64,000 nucleotides of DNA from Candidatus Nanoarchaeia archaeon (lineage in GTDB: Archaea > Nanobdellota > Nanobdellia > Woesearchaeales > GW2011-AR4): positions 20,249 to 84,248 of the forward strand of contig DATDOM010000066.1 in NCBI GenBank assembly GCA_035293285.1, given 5' to 3'. A model generated the notes under the pieces. That model ran no database searches. It worked only from the letters and a program-made list of their open reading frames with translations, and was not told the origin of the DNA. Both the position numbers and the translations under genes were made by a program. Positions 28,011 to 36,645 of the stretch are shown here, in pieces. Within the stretch, counting starts at the first letter, position 1. Each line of letters starts with the position of its first letter.

Positions 28011-28460
28011 TTATTTGTCGAGCTTTTTTATTCTCCTTAAGTGCCTTTCCTCGCCTGCAAAATCTGTTGAAAGCCAAAGCTTTACTGCTTCAATTGCGTG
28101 GCTTTTTGCAACGAATCTTGCGCCGATTGAAAGAACGTTTGCATTATTGTGGATTCTTGAAAGTTTTATCAGCTCAAAATTATCTGTGTTATATACTGCA
28201 GCCCTCACACCTTTTATCCTGTTTGCGCAGGTTGCCTCGCCCTGCCCCGAGCCTCCGAAAATTATGCCCACCGAGCCCTTGTCTTTTGCCACTTCTTTTG
28301 CCGCAGGAAAAATGAAGTCAGGATAATCATCTTCCTTGTCGTAAGAATGCGCGCCCTTGTCATCAACTTTGTAGCCTTCCAAAAGCAGGAATTTTTTGAC
28401 TTCTTCTTTTAGCTCGAATCCTGCGTGGTCTGTTGCAAGGATTATCTTTGGATTTGCCAT
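28011..28460 (-). CDS. rpiB: ribose-5-phosphate isomerase B
   Basis: KIILATDHAGFELKEEVKKFL, GGSGQGEATCANRIKGVRAA and ARFV motifs. Confidence 0.9.
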   Translation of the reverse strand: MANPKIILATDHAGFELKEEVKKFLLLEGYKVDDKGAHSYDKEDDYPDFIFPAAKEVAKDKGSVGIIFGGSGQGEATCANRIKGVRAAVYNTDNFELIKLSRIHNNANVLSIGARFVAKSHAIEAVKLWLSTDFAGEERHLRRIKKLDK

Positions 28461-28464
28461 AATG

Positions 28465-28863
28465 CTAAATTAAGCCAAGAACTTTTAAATCTTTCTTTAG
28501 GCCAGGCACTCCGGGATAGTTTTTGAGCTCTTTTGGTTCAATCCACCTGAATTCCGTATTTTCATGGCAAAGCCTTACTTTATCAGAAGAAGGCGTGCAC
28601 AAAAAGCATTGGACTGTCCATATTTTTTTGAGCTTTTTGTCCGCAATCTGGAAAATATTTGCTTTCTTTGTGATTTTCGCTTTTAATCCCGTCTCTTCCC
28701 TTATTTCCCTTATTACTGTGTCTTCTGCTGCCTCAAATTCCTTGATAAATCCCGAGCAAAATCCCCATTTATTCGGATAGTTATAATCATCCGGCGCTTT
28801 TTTCAGAACTAGTATTTTGTCTTTGTGATTTATGACTCCAGTAACTACGAAATAGGTTTTCAT
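28465..28863 (-). CDS. NUDIX hydrolase
   Basis: Nudix box GFCSGFIKEFEAAEDTVIREIREETGL. Confidence 0.85.
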   Translation of the reverse strand: MKTYFVVTGVINHKDKILVLKKAPDDYNYPNKWGFCSGFIKEFEAAEDTVIREIREETGLKAKITKKANIFQIADKKLKKIWTVQCFLCTPSSDKVRLCHENTEFRWIEPKELKNYPGVPGLKKDLKVLGLI

Positions 28864-28935
28864 TCCGGATGAGAAAAAACTATCCTTATTTAATGTTTTG
28901 ATTTAAGTGATTTTTAATTTTACTTTTTAAAATAT

Positions 28936-29110
28936 GCTCCGCGATAGATAGGCGGCCTTCATTGGGCCGCGTGCATAATACGGTTGATTCGTTGCATTGC
29001 GAAGGTTGCTTTTGTGATTTGGTCGTAAAATAAAATGAGCAATTTTCGCCCAAATGGGGCGAGTGTACGGGTTTGATGAACAATAAATGCCGAGCGAAAT
29101 GGCGAGGCCT
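28936..29110 (-). repeat. GC-hairpin mosaic repeat, copy 5 (modules A-B-F, inverted)
   Basis: GCTCCGCGATAGATAGGCGGCCTTCATTGGGCCGC ... TTCGCCCAAATGGGGCGAG ... ATGCCGAGCGAAATGGCGAGGCCT. Confidence 0.75.
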
Positions 29111-29200
29111 AAATTTCTTTGTAGTTTTTATAAAATAACTGTAATTAGAGATTATTTATCAGAATAATTATCAAATCACAAGGATATTCTAAGTTAGGTA

Positions 29201-29467
29201 TTAATACCAAGTTCCTCGCCATGTTGAATGGCCCCACTGGATAAGAAGGTCAACTCCTAACCTGTCTACCTGGAGCGGCACGTCGCATGCGCCGTAGCAC
29301 GAGCCCATCCAGATTACAACACTTGCATCAGTATTTTTTTCTATTGAGTGCTGGATTTCATTTGCCCTTGGCTTTAGCCCGTCGGGCAATTGGACGCAGA
29401 CAATCTTAGGCTGGTCTTTTTTTATTCTTTCAATGACTTTGTTAAGTTCAAGGTCGTAGTTTTCCAT
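29201..29467 (-). pseudogene. dph2: Dph2 (diphthamide synthesis, radical SAM ACP transferase), N-terminal ~80 aa only
   Basis: MENYDLELNKVIERIKKDQPKIVCVQLPDGLKPRANEI...GSCYGACDVPLQVDRLGVDLLIQWGHS matches the Dph2 N-terminus as I recall it from Pyrococcus (...YGACD...ALIHLGHS). The frame then reads TWRGTWY-stop, whereas full-length proteins are about 330 aa. Confidence 0.7.
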
Positions 29468-29498
29468 AATATTAAGAAAGAATAGGTATTTTAAAAAA

Positions 29499-30251
29499 CT
29501 AATGATTTTTATGCCTGCCAGTCTTTGGTTTTGGCTTTTGGTGCTCAACTTTTGGCTCAGGCCAGTTTACAACTTTGACAAGATTTCTTGATATTTCTCC
29601 GTAATATCCCTTAGGGTCTGACTGGGATGCCATATTAAGGTATTCAGTTGATTTGGCTTTGTGGGATTGTTTATCCTTCTTTGCAACTTTTGACGATTGT
29701 GCCCATTCCAAGATGCCAAGAAAGTAATATGCCCTGGATTTTGTTTCATTATCTTTTGATAGATTGATTCCTGACTGAATCCTGGATACTGCAGTTTCAT
29801 AATTTTTGCCGCTTTGCCTGTAAAGAAATGAGCCTGAATTAATGTAAGCATCTGCCACGTGCTTGCTTTTTTTGTGATTGTTGATAATGTCATCATAGAA
29901 AATGAGAATCTCTGATTCATAATGTTTGTCATTTTTGTTTTTTGCAATAAGTTTTAAGTACAGTTCTCCTAATTTTTTGATTGCATCATCTGCTAAGTTT
30001 TCGTTTTCACCAATAATGTTTTTGTATAACGGGATTGCTGCATCCGGATTTTTTTCTTCAGTCTTGGCAATCTCGGAGAGCTTATCGTCCAAACTTGGAG
30101 TTGGTTTGGAATGAATTTGCGGCTCGGCCTGGATTTGTATAGAATATGCGCGCTCGGTAAACAAAGCTGGAACTAAAGAAGCTGATAAGATTCCGGCAAG
30201 TGCGCTTTTGGCATAATTGTTTATTCTCATTTTATTGTAAGAAACAGTCAA
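29499..30251 (-). CDS. secreted helical-repeat (TPR/Sel1-like) protein
   Basis: 250 aa. Signal-like N-terminus (ALAGILSASLVPALF), then a helical repeat character. Confidence 0.5.
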   Translation of the reverse strand: MTVSYNKMRINNYAKSALAGILSASLVPALFTERAYSIQIQAEPQIHSKPTPSLDDKLSEIAKTEEKNPDAAIPLYKNIIGENENLADDAIKKLGELYLKLIAKNKNDKHYESEILIFYDDIINNHKKSKHVADAYINSGSFLYRQSGKNYETAVSRIQSGINLSKDNETKSRAYYFLGILEWAQSSKVAKKDKQSHKAKSTEYLNMASQSDPKGYYGEISRNLVKVVNWPEPKVEHQKPKPKTGRHKNH

Positions 30252-30874
30252 ATGTTAATATGCTTAACTTTTTTAGTATCTTTAACAGGTATTGGAACTA
30301 AGTATCCGCCTCCCATCATCAGATAATCAGAATGTGAATTTTGCGGAGAATATGAGAAAGTCAAAGAAGAGTTTAAAGGAATGCTTGTTAATCCTCTGTA
30401 ACCTTTCTTCCTTAAAGATGTGGAATATTCGCTAGAGTCTAATGCGTCAAAAAGCTCAAGTTTAGCCTTCCTGGCAGAATTTTTAATTACTTTGTAAGAT
30501 AAATTAAAGGTGTTGCCTTTTATTACTTCATAGGTTCTATTTAGGCTTTTGTCGCCAGCAATGTGTGGCAGAATTACGAATTTTTCATTTTTGTAATCTG
30601 CAAAAAACCCTTCTTTGGTATGGGTTATTTTTACAGTGTATTTTTTCTGTTTTTCAGCGGATTTTGGGTCTGAAGAGCCTACCTCAACCAAATTTTCAAG
30701 GCTGCTGACAGGTTGCGCATCATTGTTGCTGTATGCAGCCCGTGTTTCTCCGCTCGTTTGGTTTTTGTTTAGACCCGTACTTCCGGAATTCAAGTTATTA
30801 CTATAATCCGGCACTGAAGTTAGTGCAGACAGCAAAGCCAATATTAAAGCTCCATTTTTTATTTTGTTAGTCAT
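30248..30874 (-). CDS. secreted hypothetical protein (208 aa)
   Basis: Signal peptide GALILALLSALTSVP. Overlaps the downstream gene by 4 nt. Confidence 0.5.
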   Translation of the reverse strand: MTNKIKNGALILALLSALTSVPDYSNNLNSGSTGLNKNQTSGETRAAYSNNDAQPVSSLENLVEVGSSDPKSAEKQKKYTVKITHTKEGFFADYKNEKFVILPHIAGDKSLNRTYEVIKGNTFNLSYKVIKNSARKAKLELFDALDSSEYSTSLRKKGYRGLTSIPLNSSLTFSYSPQNSHSDYLMMGGGYLVPIPVKDTKKVKHINI

Positions 30875-30922
30875 ATTTGTGAGAATAATAATGTAATTAA
30901 AAATATTTCTTTCTAAGAATTC

Positions 30923-31489
30923 TTAATTATTCTTAATTGAATATGGAACTAGGTATGTAGACTCTCTCTTCATTGATGTATCCATTTCCTTAAATTCAAT
31001 TTTTGCAGACTGTCCAGGAAGCAATGCTTCTATGCTACTTTTATTTTGCTTAACAGCAGAGAATGCCTGCTCCAAGCTATATAAAGTTGCAGGGTCAAAT
31101 TCTGTTTTGTAACCATCCAGTTTTTGCATCACGCGAATAAGCGCATCGCCATCTTTAGCACTATAAGGAGTTAGCTTAATTGTCTTTCCGTCGATTTTGA
31201 CCTCATAATTTTGGCCGCCTATATTTGTAACTTCCATTTCCTGATGATAAGCATCACTTATTTTTTGAGCCAAATCGTTCCTTACCTGAGGTTTCCTTAA
31301 CTCGTTTGCTACAGGTAATGCCAGGAGTGCTAATATTCCCCCACCTAAAAGCAAATTCCTCATCCTTTTAGTTTTTCCTGCCTGAGAAGCTTGATATTCT
31401 ATTGTTGTAGGAGTCTTTACATAAGTCCTGTCACTTCTAGGAGCCGTGTATCCTACCATTTTATTCACCGAAAATCTCGTCCATTTCAA
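30923..31489 (-). CDS. membrane-anchored hypothetical protein (start may be the ATG at 31459)
   Basis: Single TM (LLLGGGILALLALPV) followed by a soluble domain. Confidence 0.5.
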   Translation of the reverse strand: MKWTRFSVNKMVGYTAPRSDRTYVKTPTTIEYQASQAGKTKRMRNLLLGGGILALLALPVANELRKPQVRNDLAQKISDAYHQEMEVTNIGGQNYEVKIDGKTIKLTPYSAKDGDALIRVMQKLDGYKTEFDPATLYSLEQAFSAVKQNKSSIEALLPGQSAKIEFKEMDTSMKRESTYLVPYSIKNN

Positions 31490-31613
31490 AACCGGACAAG
31501 TCTCTTTTGTTAATTAATTTTGCGAAATCCTTCTCGCCCATTTTCTTTCTGGCACTTCGCATGTTTTCAATCTGCTCCATGTCCTCGTCCAAAAACATTT
31601 CTTCTGCTTCCAT
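31461..31613 (-). CDS. possible small acidic protein (50 aa, not in ORF track)
   Basis: Own translation: MEAEEMFLDEDMEQIENMRSARKKMGEKDFAKLINKRDLSGFEMDEIFGE. Abuts the 30923 gene. Confidence 0.25.
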   Translation of the reverse strand: MEAEEMFLDEDMEQIENMRSARKKMGEKDFAKLINKRDLSGFEMDEIFGE

Positions 31614-31897
31614 TTTAGTAGTTTGATTTAGTAATTTATGTTTCCTGTTTGGTATAATGGATTTGATGAATATGACTGGTCATTAGCTGAATAGTCAATT
31701 TTACTTTCAAGCTCCTGAGGACTTTTACCGTCAAAAGCTGCCTGACAAAATACACACATTTCAAATACCCCCAAACTTTTGTTACTGTGTAGTGATAGAG
31801 GTTGTATATAAAGTTTTCGATTGTTATGACTAAACAGGGATTATTTTCAATATAGAAGGAAATAAAGTTTAAAAGTGATAATTGATTAGTTTATAGA

Positions 31898-32341
31898 ATG
31901 TATGGGACTCAAAAATATTATTTGATAGGAAGTAACAACCCTTTGCTTAGGCAGGAAGCAGAGGAAGTAACAGATTTTTCCGGAATTGAGGGTTTAGTTA
32001 ATGATATGAAAGTTTTACTTAGTGAACAGAAGAAGGCCGCCGTTGGTTTGGCTGCTCCCCAAATAGGTGTTTCCAAAAGAGTGTTTATAGCAAAAATGGG
32101 GAGAGAAATCAAAGAATTTGTAAATCCAAAGATTATAAACTCAAAATGGTATTCCCTTTCCTGGGAAGAATGCCTGAGCATGCTTGAACTTACAAATCTA
32201 AAAGTGCGCAGATATTCAATTACCGTTGAATACCAGAATATGTACGGAGAACAAAGAACAGAAAAATATAGGGGTCTTAACTCGAGAATTGTCCAGCACG
32301 AAATAGACCATTTGAATGGAATTTTGATAATAAGAGATTAA
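31898..32341 (+). CDS. def: peptide deformylase
   Basis: GLAAPQIGVSKRVF, EECLS and HEIDHLNG motifs. Confidence 0.9.
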   Translation: MYGTQKYYLIGSNNPLLRQEAEEVTDFSGIEGLVNDMKVLLSEQKKAAVGLAAPQIGVSKRVFIAKMGREIKEFVNPKIINSKWYSLSWEECLSMLELTNLKVRRYSITVEYQNMYGEQRTEKYRGLNSRIVQHEIDHLNGILIIRD

Positions 32342-32649
32342 TGAACAGGAAACCTCATAAAACTTTTACAGTTCTGGCAATAATAAATCAATCTGTGCTT
32401 GTGGATTCTCACTCGGCAGTTTTTTCCCTGTGCAAGAAAACAATGGCAATTTTTGCAGAACATTTTCTTCTGCTCTTTCGTAAATCCGGCCTTGTTTTTT
32501 AACGCAATTTTTATGGCAGTTTCGACATATTTGTCTGCAAGCTTCCTGTCTTCCGGAAATATTTTTTTTGCAAGCTCAAAAAGAAACTGGATTCTTGCAT
32601 TTGCAATTTTGAGCTGGCTTTGGGGCTTTTTACTGTATTTTTTCTTCAT
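32338..32649 (-). CDS. rnp4: RNase P protein component 4 (Rpp21/Rpr2)
   Basis: 103 aa. Helical N-terminus (RIQFLFELAKK...) and Zn ribbon CKNCHCFL...CQNCKS. Confidence 0.8.
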   Translation of the reverse strand: MKKKYSKKPQSQLKIANARIQFLFELAKKIFPEDRKLADKYVETAIKIALKNKAGFTKEQKKMFCKNCHCFLAQGKNCRVRIHKHRLIYYCQNCKSFMRFPVH

Positions 32650-32660
32650 AATAAGCCAAA

Positions 32661-33458
32661 ATGAATAATTATATAAAAATCTACTCTGTTGATTTATCTA
32701 TGTATGAAAGAATTGTTTCACTAGCGCCAAGCAATACTGAAATTATCTATGCGCTTGGTGCAGAAGATAAGCTTGTAGCCTGCACAAGATACTGCGATTA
32801 TCCAGCACAAGCAAAATCAAAGCCCAGGATTGGAGGCTGGCTTGACATAAATGACGAGCTTGTAAAAAGCTACAATCCGGACTTAATCCTGACTTCAACT
32901 TTTGTGCAGGACAAAATAACTGAAAGATATAGGAAAAATAGGATGAATATTGTTGCACTGATGCCAAAAACTTTGGATGGGGTTTTTGAAAGTATTGTTA
33001 AAATAGGAGAATTGGTTGAAAAACAAAAAGAAGCAAAAAAATTGGTTGAATCAATGAAAAATGGGATTAATGAAGTTGGAAATAAAACAAAGGCAGTTAA
33101 AATCAAACCAAGAGTTTATATCGAGGAATGGCATAAGCCGCCGACAGTTTCAGGCAATTGGGTTCCTGATTTGGTAAAGGCTGCAGGCGGAAATTACAGA
33201 CTGATAAAATCAGGAGAGTACAGCAAAGAAGTAACTACCAAACAAATACAGGATTATGATCCTGAAATAATAGTTGTTTCAATCTGCGGAATGTGCGACA
33301 AAGTTCCAAGAGAATGGATTACAAAACGGGAAGGCTGGCAGAATTTAAGCGCAGTAAAAAATGAAAAAGTTTTTGTTTTTGACGATTCTTTACTCAACAG
33401 GCCGGGGCCAAGGCTGGTTGAAGGGTTAAGAAAATTGTATGAAGTTGTACGTGTTTAG
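32661..33458 (+). CDS. periplasmic-binding-protein fold protein, BtuF/cobalamin or iron-siderophore binding-like
   Basis: RIVSLAPSNTEIIYALGAEDKLVACT, PDLILTS, and a C-terminal NRPGPRLVEGL. Confidence 0.7.
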   Translation: MNNYIKIYSVDLSMYERIVSLAPSNTEIIYALGAEDKLVACTRYCDYPAQAKSKPRIGGWLDINDELVKSYNPDLILTSTFVQDKITERYRKNRMNIVALMPKTLDGVFESIVKIGELVEKQKEAKKLVESMKNGINEVGNKTKAVKIKPRVYIEEWHKPPTVSGNWVPDLVKAAGGNYRLIKSGEYSKEVTTKQIQDYDPEIIVVSICGMCDKVPREWITKREGWQNLSAVKNEKVFVFDDSLLNRPGPRLVEGLRKLYEVVRV

Positions 33459-33475
33459 AAATATTAAAGTTAATT

Positions 33476-33551
33476 CAATCTGTCGCTTTGAGCGACCCTA
33501 GTTACACTCGGCGAAATTTGACAGACACTAAATTTCGCCTCGAAATATTGC
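33476..33551 (-). repeat. GC-hairpin mosaic repeat, copy 7 (module E only)
   Basis: The reverse complement reads TTCGAGGCGAAATTT-loop-AAATTTCGCCGAGTGTAACTAGG-GTCGCTCAAAGCGAC-AGATTG. Confidence 0.75.
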
Positions 33552-33617
33552 AATAAATAACGGAACTCTGATAGGCATCTTAGGTTAATTAATTGCCAGA
33601 AATCATTAAATTTTCAA

Positions 33618-33977
33618 TTAGTGTGCGGGCGCTGGTTCTGGATTAGAATCTGGTTTATTAGACGAACCTGAATAGGACATTGAACTATTGAACCAATCAT
33701 AAAATCCACTCCCAAATTGAATGCCGCTATCTGCCAAATATTTACCAGATTCTCCAAGATCTCCAAAAAATCTTCCTAAGCCATATGGCTGCTTCTTTTT
33801 TTCGTGTCCATTGGCAGCATGGTCCTGTCCCGGGATTCCGTGAGGAGCAGCGCCATGGTCTCCCTGAGCCTGAGCATTATGTATCATTTGTTCCAGTTGC
33901 TGCTGTGACGGCTGCGCCTGTTGCCCACCATGTCCTTCTGGAGATTCTCCGTGTTTTTCTTCTTTGTGTTCTGCCAT
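33618..33977 (-). CDS. His/Gln/Gly-rich small protein (119 aa)
   Basis: Low-complexity H/Q/G/A-rich N-terminal half (HKEEKHGESPEGHGGQQ...DHGAAPHGIPGQDHAANGHE). Noticeably GC-richer than its surroundings. Confidence 0.5.
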   Translation of the reverse strand: MAEHKEEKHGESPEGHGGQQAQPSQQQLEQMIHNAQAQGDHGAAPHGIPGQDHAANGHEKKKQPYGLGRFFGDLGESGKYLADSGIQFGSGFYDWFNSSMSYSGSSNKPDSNPEPAPAH

Positions 33978-34039
33978 TTTGTTTATTGTTGTAATGTAAT
34001 TGTGTTTTAATGTAATTGTGTTTTTAATGTTTTTTGTTC

Positions 34040-34945
34040 TTAAGCAGGGTTTTCTGCCGGCGCTGCTTTTGGAGCCGGAGCTGCTCCTGAAAAATAACTG
34101 TCAAGGGTTTTTCCAATAGCATAAATTGGCTCTGAAACCGCCTTAAGTGAATTTGAATAAAGCTTTCCTGTTACGCTGACAGCACCTTCAATAATTGGAA
34201 GCGGGTTCAATGCTTTTGTCAGATTACTGATTTTTGCATTTTCTGATTTTACGCCTACAATCCTAAATAACAGGCCCATCAGTGAAGAGTATGCAAGCTG
34301 AACCGGCAATCCGTAAGGAGCCAAGAATAGGACGTTAATTGCAGCTAATGGCAATACATATTTCCAGGTCCTCTTGACTGTTTGCATGAATTCTTTTTTG
34401 TACAGTTCACCTAATCCCTTAAAACTGTGGTTTTGGATTATATGATTTAAGCCCATGTATGCTCCGACAAAAACAGCCTGTCCTAGTGCCAATCCACCAA
34501 CAGCAGCAACTCCTCCTAAAATTGGACCACCTAAACCTGTAACATATTGCTTTCCAACTTCAATATTTGAAAACATCCATCCAAGTCCCGGTGCTAATGC
34601 CGTCCCAACAACTGCTTCTTTTCCAGCCTTGACAAAATTAAGAGACTTGTTTTCAAGTTTATCCTGAATCAATGAGCCAAGCGCTAATGGTCCTGCAACA
34701 AGACCGGCATTCAAACTCATCATAGGATTGTAAATTGGCGTGTTTGGAATATTAAATACAAGCGGAGACGCAAGACCTGCTCCCAAAGCTGCAGTTTTCG
34801 AAAGCCCTTCAACTATTTCGTCAAGTGGTTTTTGGGATTTAGGTTCTTTTCCTTGCTCGCCCGTACCGTGGTCGGCATTGTTGCCTTGAGCTTCTTTCAG
34901 TTTTTCTTCGAGTCCTGACGGAGTTTCTTGAGCTTCTTCAGCCAT
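34040..34945 (-). CDS. Gly/Ala-rich integral membrane protein (301 aa)
   Basis: Acidic N-terminus followed by several glycine-zipper-like hydrophobic spans. Confidence 0.6.
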   Translation of the reverse strand: MAEEAQETPSGLEEKLKEAQGNNADHGTGEQGKEPKSQKPLDEIVEGLSKTAALGAGLASPLVFNIPNTPIYNPMMSLNAGLVAGPLALGSLIQDKLENKSLNFVKAGKEAVVGTALAPGLGWMFSNIEVGKQYVTGLGGPILGGVAAVGGLALGQAVFVGAYMGLNHIIQNHSFKGLGELYKKEFMQTVKRTWKYVLPLAAINVLFLAPYGLPVQLAYSSLMGLLFRIVGVKSENAKISNLTKALNPLPIIEGAVSVTGKLYSNSLKAVSEPIYAIGKTLDSYFSGAAPAPKAAPAENPA

Positions 34946-35078
34946 CTTTCTCCTCCAAGAGTTTTCTGACTGCGTACTCTACAACATGGCTTTTGTTTCG
35001 GAATTTTCCGGAAGAAAGAGATTTCATTACCTTAAGGACAAGTTCTTCGTCCATTGTAATACTCATTTTATGTTTCAT
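34938..35078 (-). CDS. ribbon-helix-helix (CopG-like) DNA-binding protein (46 aa, not in ORF track)
   Basis: Own translation: MKHKMSITMDEELVLKVMKSLSSGKFRNKSHVVEYAVRKLLEEKDG. The stop overlaps the ATG of the 301-aa gene by 8 nt. Confidence 0.6.
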   Translation of the reverse strand: MKHKMSITMDEELVLKVMKSLSSGKFRNKSHVVEYAVRKLLEEKDG

Positions 35079-35197
35079 AAATTCCCAAAAATGTTAGCAC
35101 TTAAAAGTAGTATTTTATACTACTAATATAAAAAGTTTTCTATTTGTCATTACTAAAAAATAGTTACAAATTTGAGAAACTGTTGTATTTTTGGATA

Positions 35198-35274
35198 CAA
35201 TCGGTCGCTTTAAGCGATCCTAGTTACACTCGGCAAAACTTCTTCTGCCATTAAAGTTTTGCCTCGGAATATTC
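35198..35274 (-). repeat. GC-hairpin mosaic repeat, copy 8 (module E only)
   Basis: The reverse complement reads TTCCGAGGCAAAAC-loop-GTTTTGCCGAGTGTAACTAGG-ATCGCTTAAAGCGAC-CGATTG. Confidence 0.75.
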
Positions 35275-35325
35275 ACTAATTTTTAAAAAGTGACGAAGCG
35301 CGGCTTTTTATAAATTCTACCAAAA

Positions 35326-35490
35326 GGTATATATACCAATAATATGAAAGATAAAACCACAAGATTTAAATATGACTGTTATACAGAATGGAATATAAAT
35401 TTTAGATTAATATACCAAATAGTATAGTAATACTAAATCAAAACTTTTAAATATAAAATAAGTAAATAGGTATATATTCCAATTGGTATA
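35326..35490. promoter_or_regulatory. palindromic operator-like sites in the divergent RHH / ATPase intergenic region
   Basis: GGTATATATACC (35326-35337, perfect palindrome), TATACCAAAT (35411-35420), and GGTATATATTCCAATTGGTATA (35469-35490, contains the palindrome CCAATTGG). Confidence 0.45.
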
Positions 35491-35502
35491 GAGTTGACGT
35501 AA

Positions 35503-36645
35503 TTGAATAAAAGAGGGTTAGCCGGCAGGGAGTACTACATAGACTTATTAGATAAAAATACAAATTCTTTCAGAAAAGGCGAAGGGAAAAATATTGCACT
35601 CCTCGGCCCAAGAAGATGCGGCAAGACTTCAATTCTAAAGCACCACGCCCAAAACTCAGGCGAGATTATTTCAGTTTACATTGACGTTGAAAAAATCAGC
35701 CTGAATCCTGAAAATTTTGCTGTTGAGTTTGTGTGGAATATAATCCAGTCTTCTGTCAAAAAAACCTTTTCAGAAAGCGAGGGCATTGGATTTCTTGAAA
35801 AAATAAAAAAACACGAAGCTGAACTCGGTAAAAATTCTTTTTCTTTGATAAAAACAATCGAAAATGAACTATTAAAAATAAAGCCTGACCAGAGGCTTTT
35901 GGTAAAAAGTGCATTTGATTTTGCCAATGTTTTTGGAACAGAGAAAAACAAAAAAATCCTCCTGTTATTGGACAATTTTGAAAATATTTTTGATTTGAAC
36001 AATTTTTCTCAGGTAAAAGATGCCATTTCATTAATAGATTATGGCGCAAAATATGTCAGATATGTTGTTGCCAGCTCTGCCGTAAGGGAATGCATCTCGC
36101 TTCTGAAAAATTTTGAATGCTTTGAAATAAAGAATCTCGAAAAATCAAAGTGTGTTGAGTTAATTGAAAGCATTATCGGAAATGCTAACAGAAAAGCCTG
36201 TGAAGAAATTTTTTCATTCAGCAAAGGCCATCCGTTTGTTGCGGTCTCCATTGCAAAAAGATTTCTTGAGACAAAAGACGCAAAAAAAGCATTTTTAGTG
36301 GAACTCCTTGTAAAAGACAGTCCTGTCTATAATTACTGCAGCGAATCATACAATTATTATTACAATCGTGCACGCGGCCAGACTCTGCTCAAGACTATCC
36401 TGAAAGTTGTTGCAAGTGAAGAGCTCAGGCTAAGCGAGATAGCAAAGAAAATTTACAGAAGCGCGCCTGTAACAAAGGCAATTCTTGAAAGGCTAATTGA
36501 TGCGGATATAATCCACAAAAAAGACAATAAATTCTATTTTGGAGATGACGTTCTTAGGGTGTGGGTCAAACTGACTTCTGATGGTTACGATTTCATTGAT
36601 TCTATTGATGATAAAATTTTGGAGGAAGCTGGCAAAAAACTATGA
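35503..36645 (+). CDS. Arch_ATPase (PF01637-like) AAA-type NTPase with C-terminal wHTH
   Basis: TTG start. LAGREYYIDLL, Walker A LLGPRRCGKTS, Walker B-like ILLLLDNFE, and a C-terminal LRLSEIAKKIYRSAPVTKAILERLIDADII. Confidence 0.75.
   Translation: MNKRGLAGREYYIDLLDKNTNSFRKGEGKNIALLGPRRCGKTSILKHHAQNSGEIISVYIDVEKISLNPENFAVEFVWNIIQSSVKKTFSESEGIGFLEKIKKHEAELGKNSFSLIKTIENELLKIKPDQRLLVKSAFDFANVFGTEKNKKILLLLDNFENIFDLNNFSQVKDAISLIDYGAKYVRYVVASSAVRECISLLKNFECFEIKNLEKSKCVELIESIIGNANRKACEEIFSFSKGHPFVAVSIAKRFLETKDAKKAFLVELLVKDSPVYNYCSESYNYYYNRARGQTLLKTILKVVASEELRLSEIAKKIYRSAPVTKAILERLIDADIIHKKDNKFYFGDDVLRVWVKLTSDGYDFIDSIDDKILEEAGKKL

Noticed and set aside
19807-35274. Integron-like cassette array, with the hairpin repeats as attC sites and the recombinase at 51666 as IntI.
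   Set aside because: The recombinase is a short (271 aa) XerA/XerCD-type protein without the extra IntI-specific insertion, and it lies 16 kb or more away. The bracketed genes are housekeeping lipid and pentose genes in mixed orientations. The repeats (75-420 bp, mosaic) do not look like attC.
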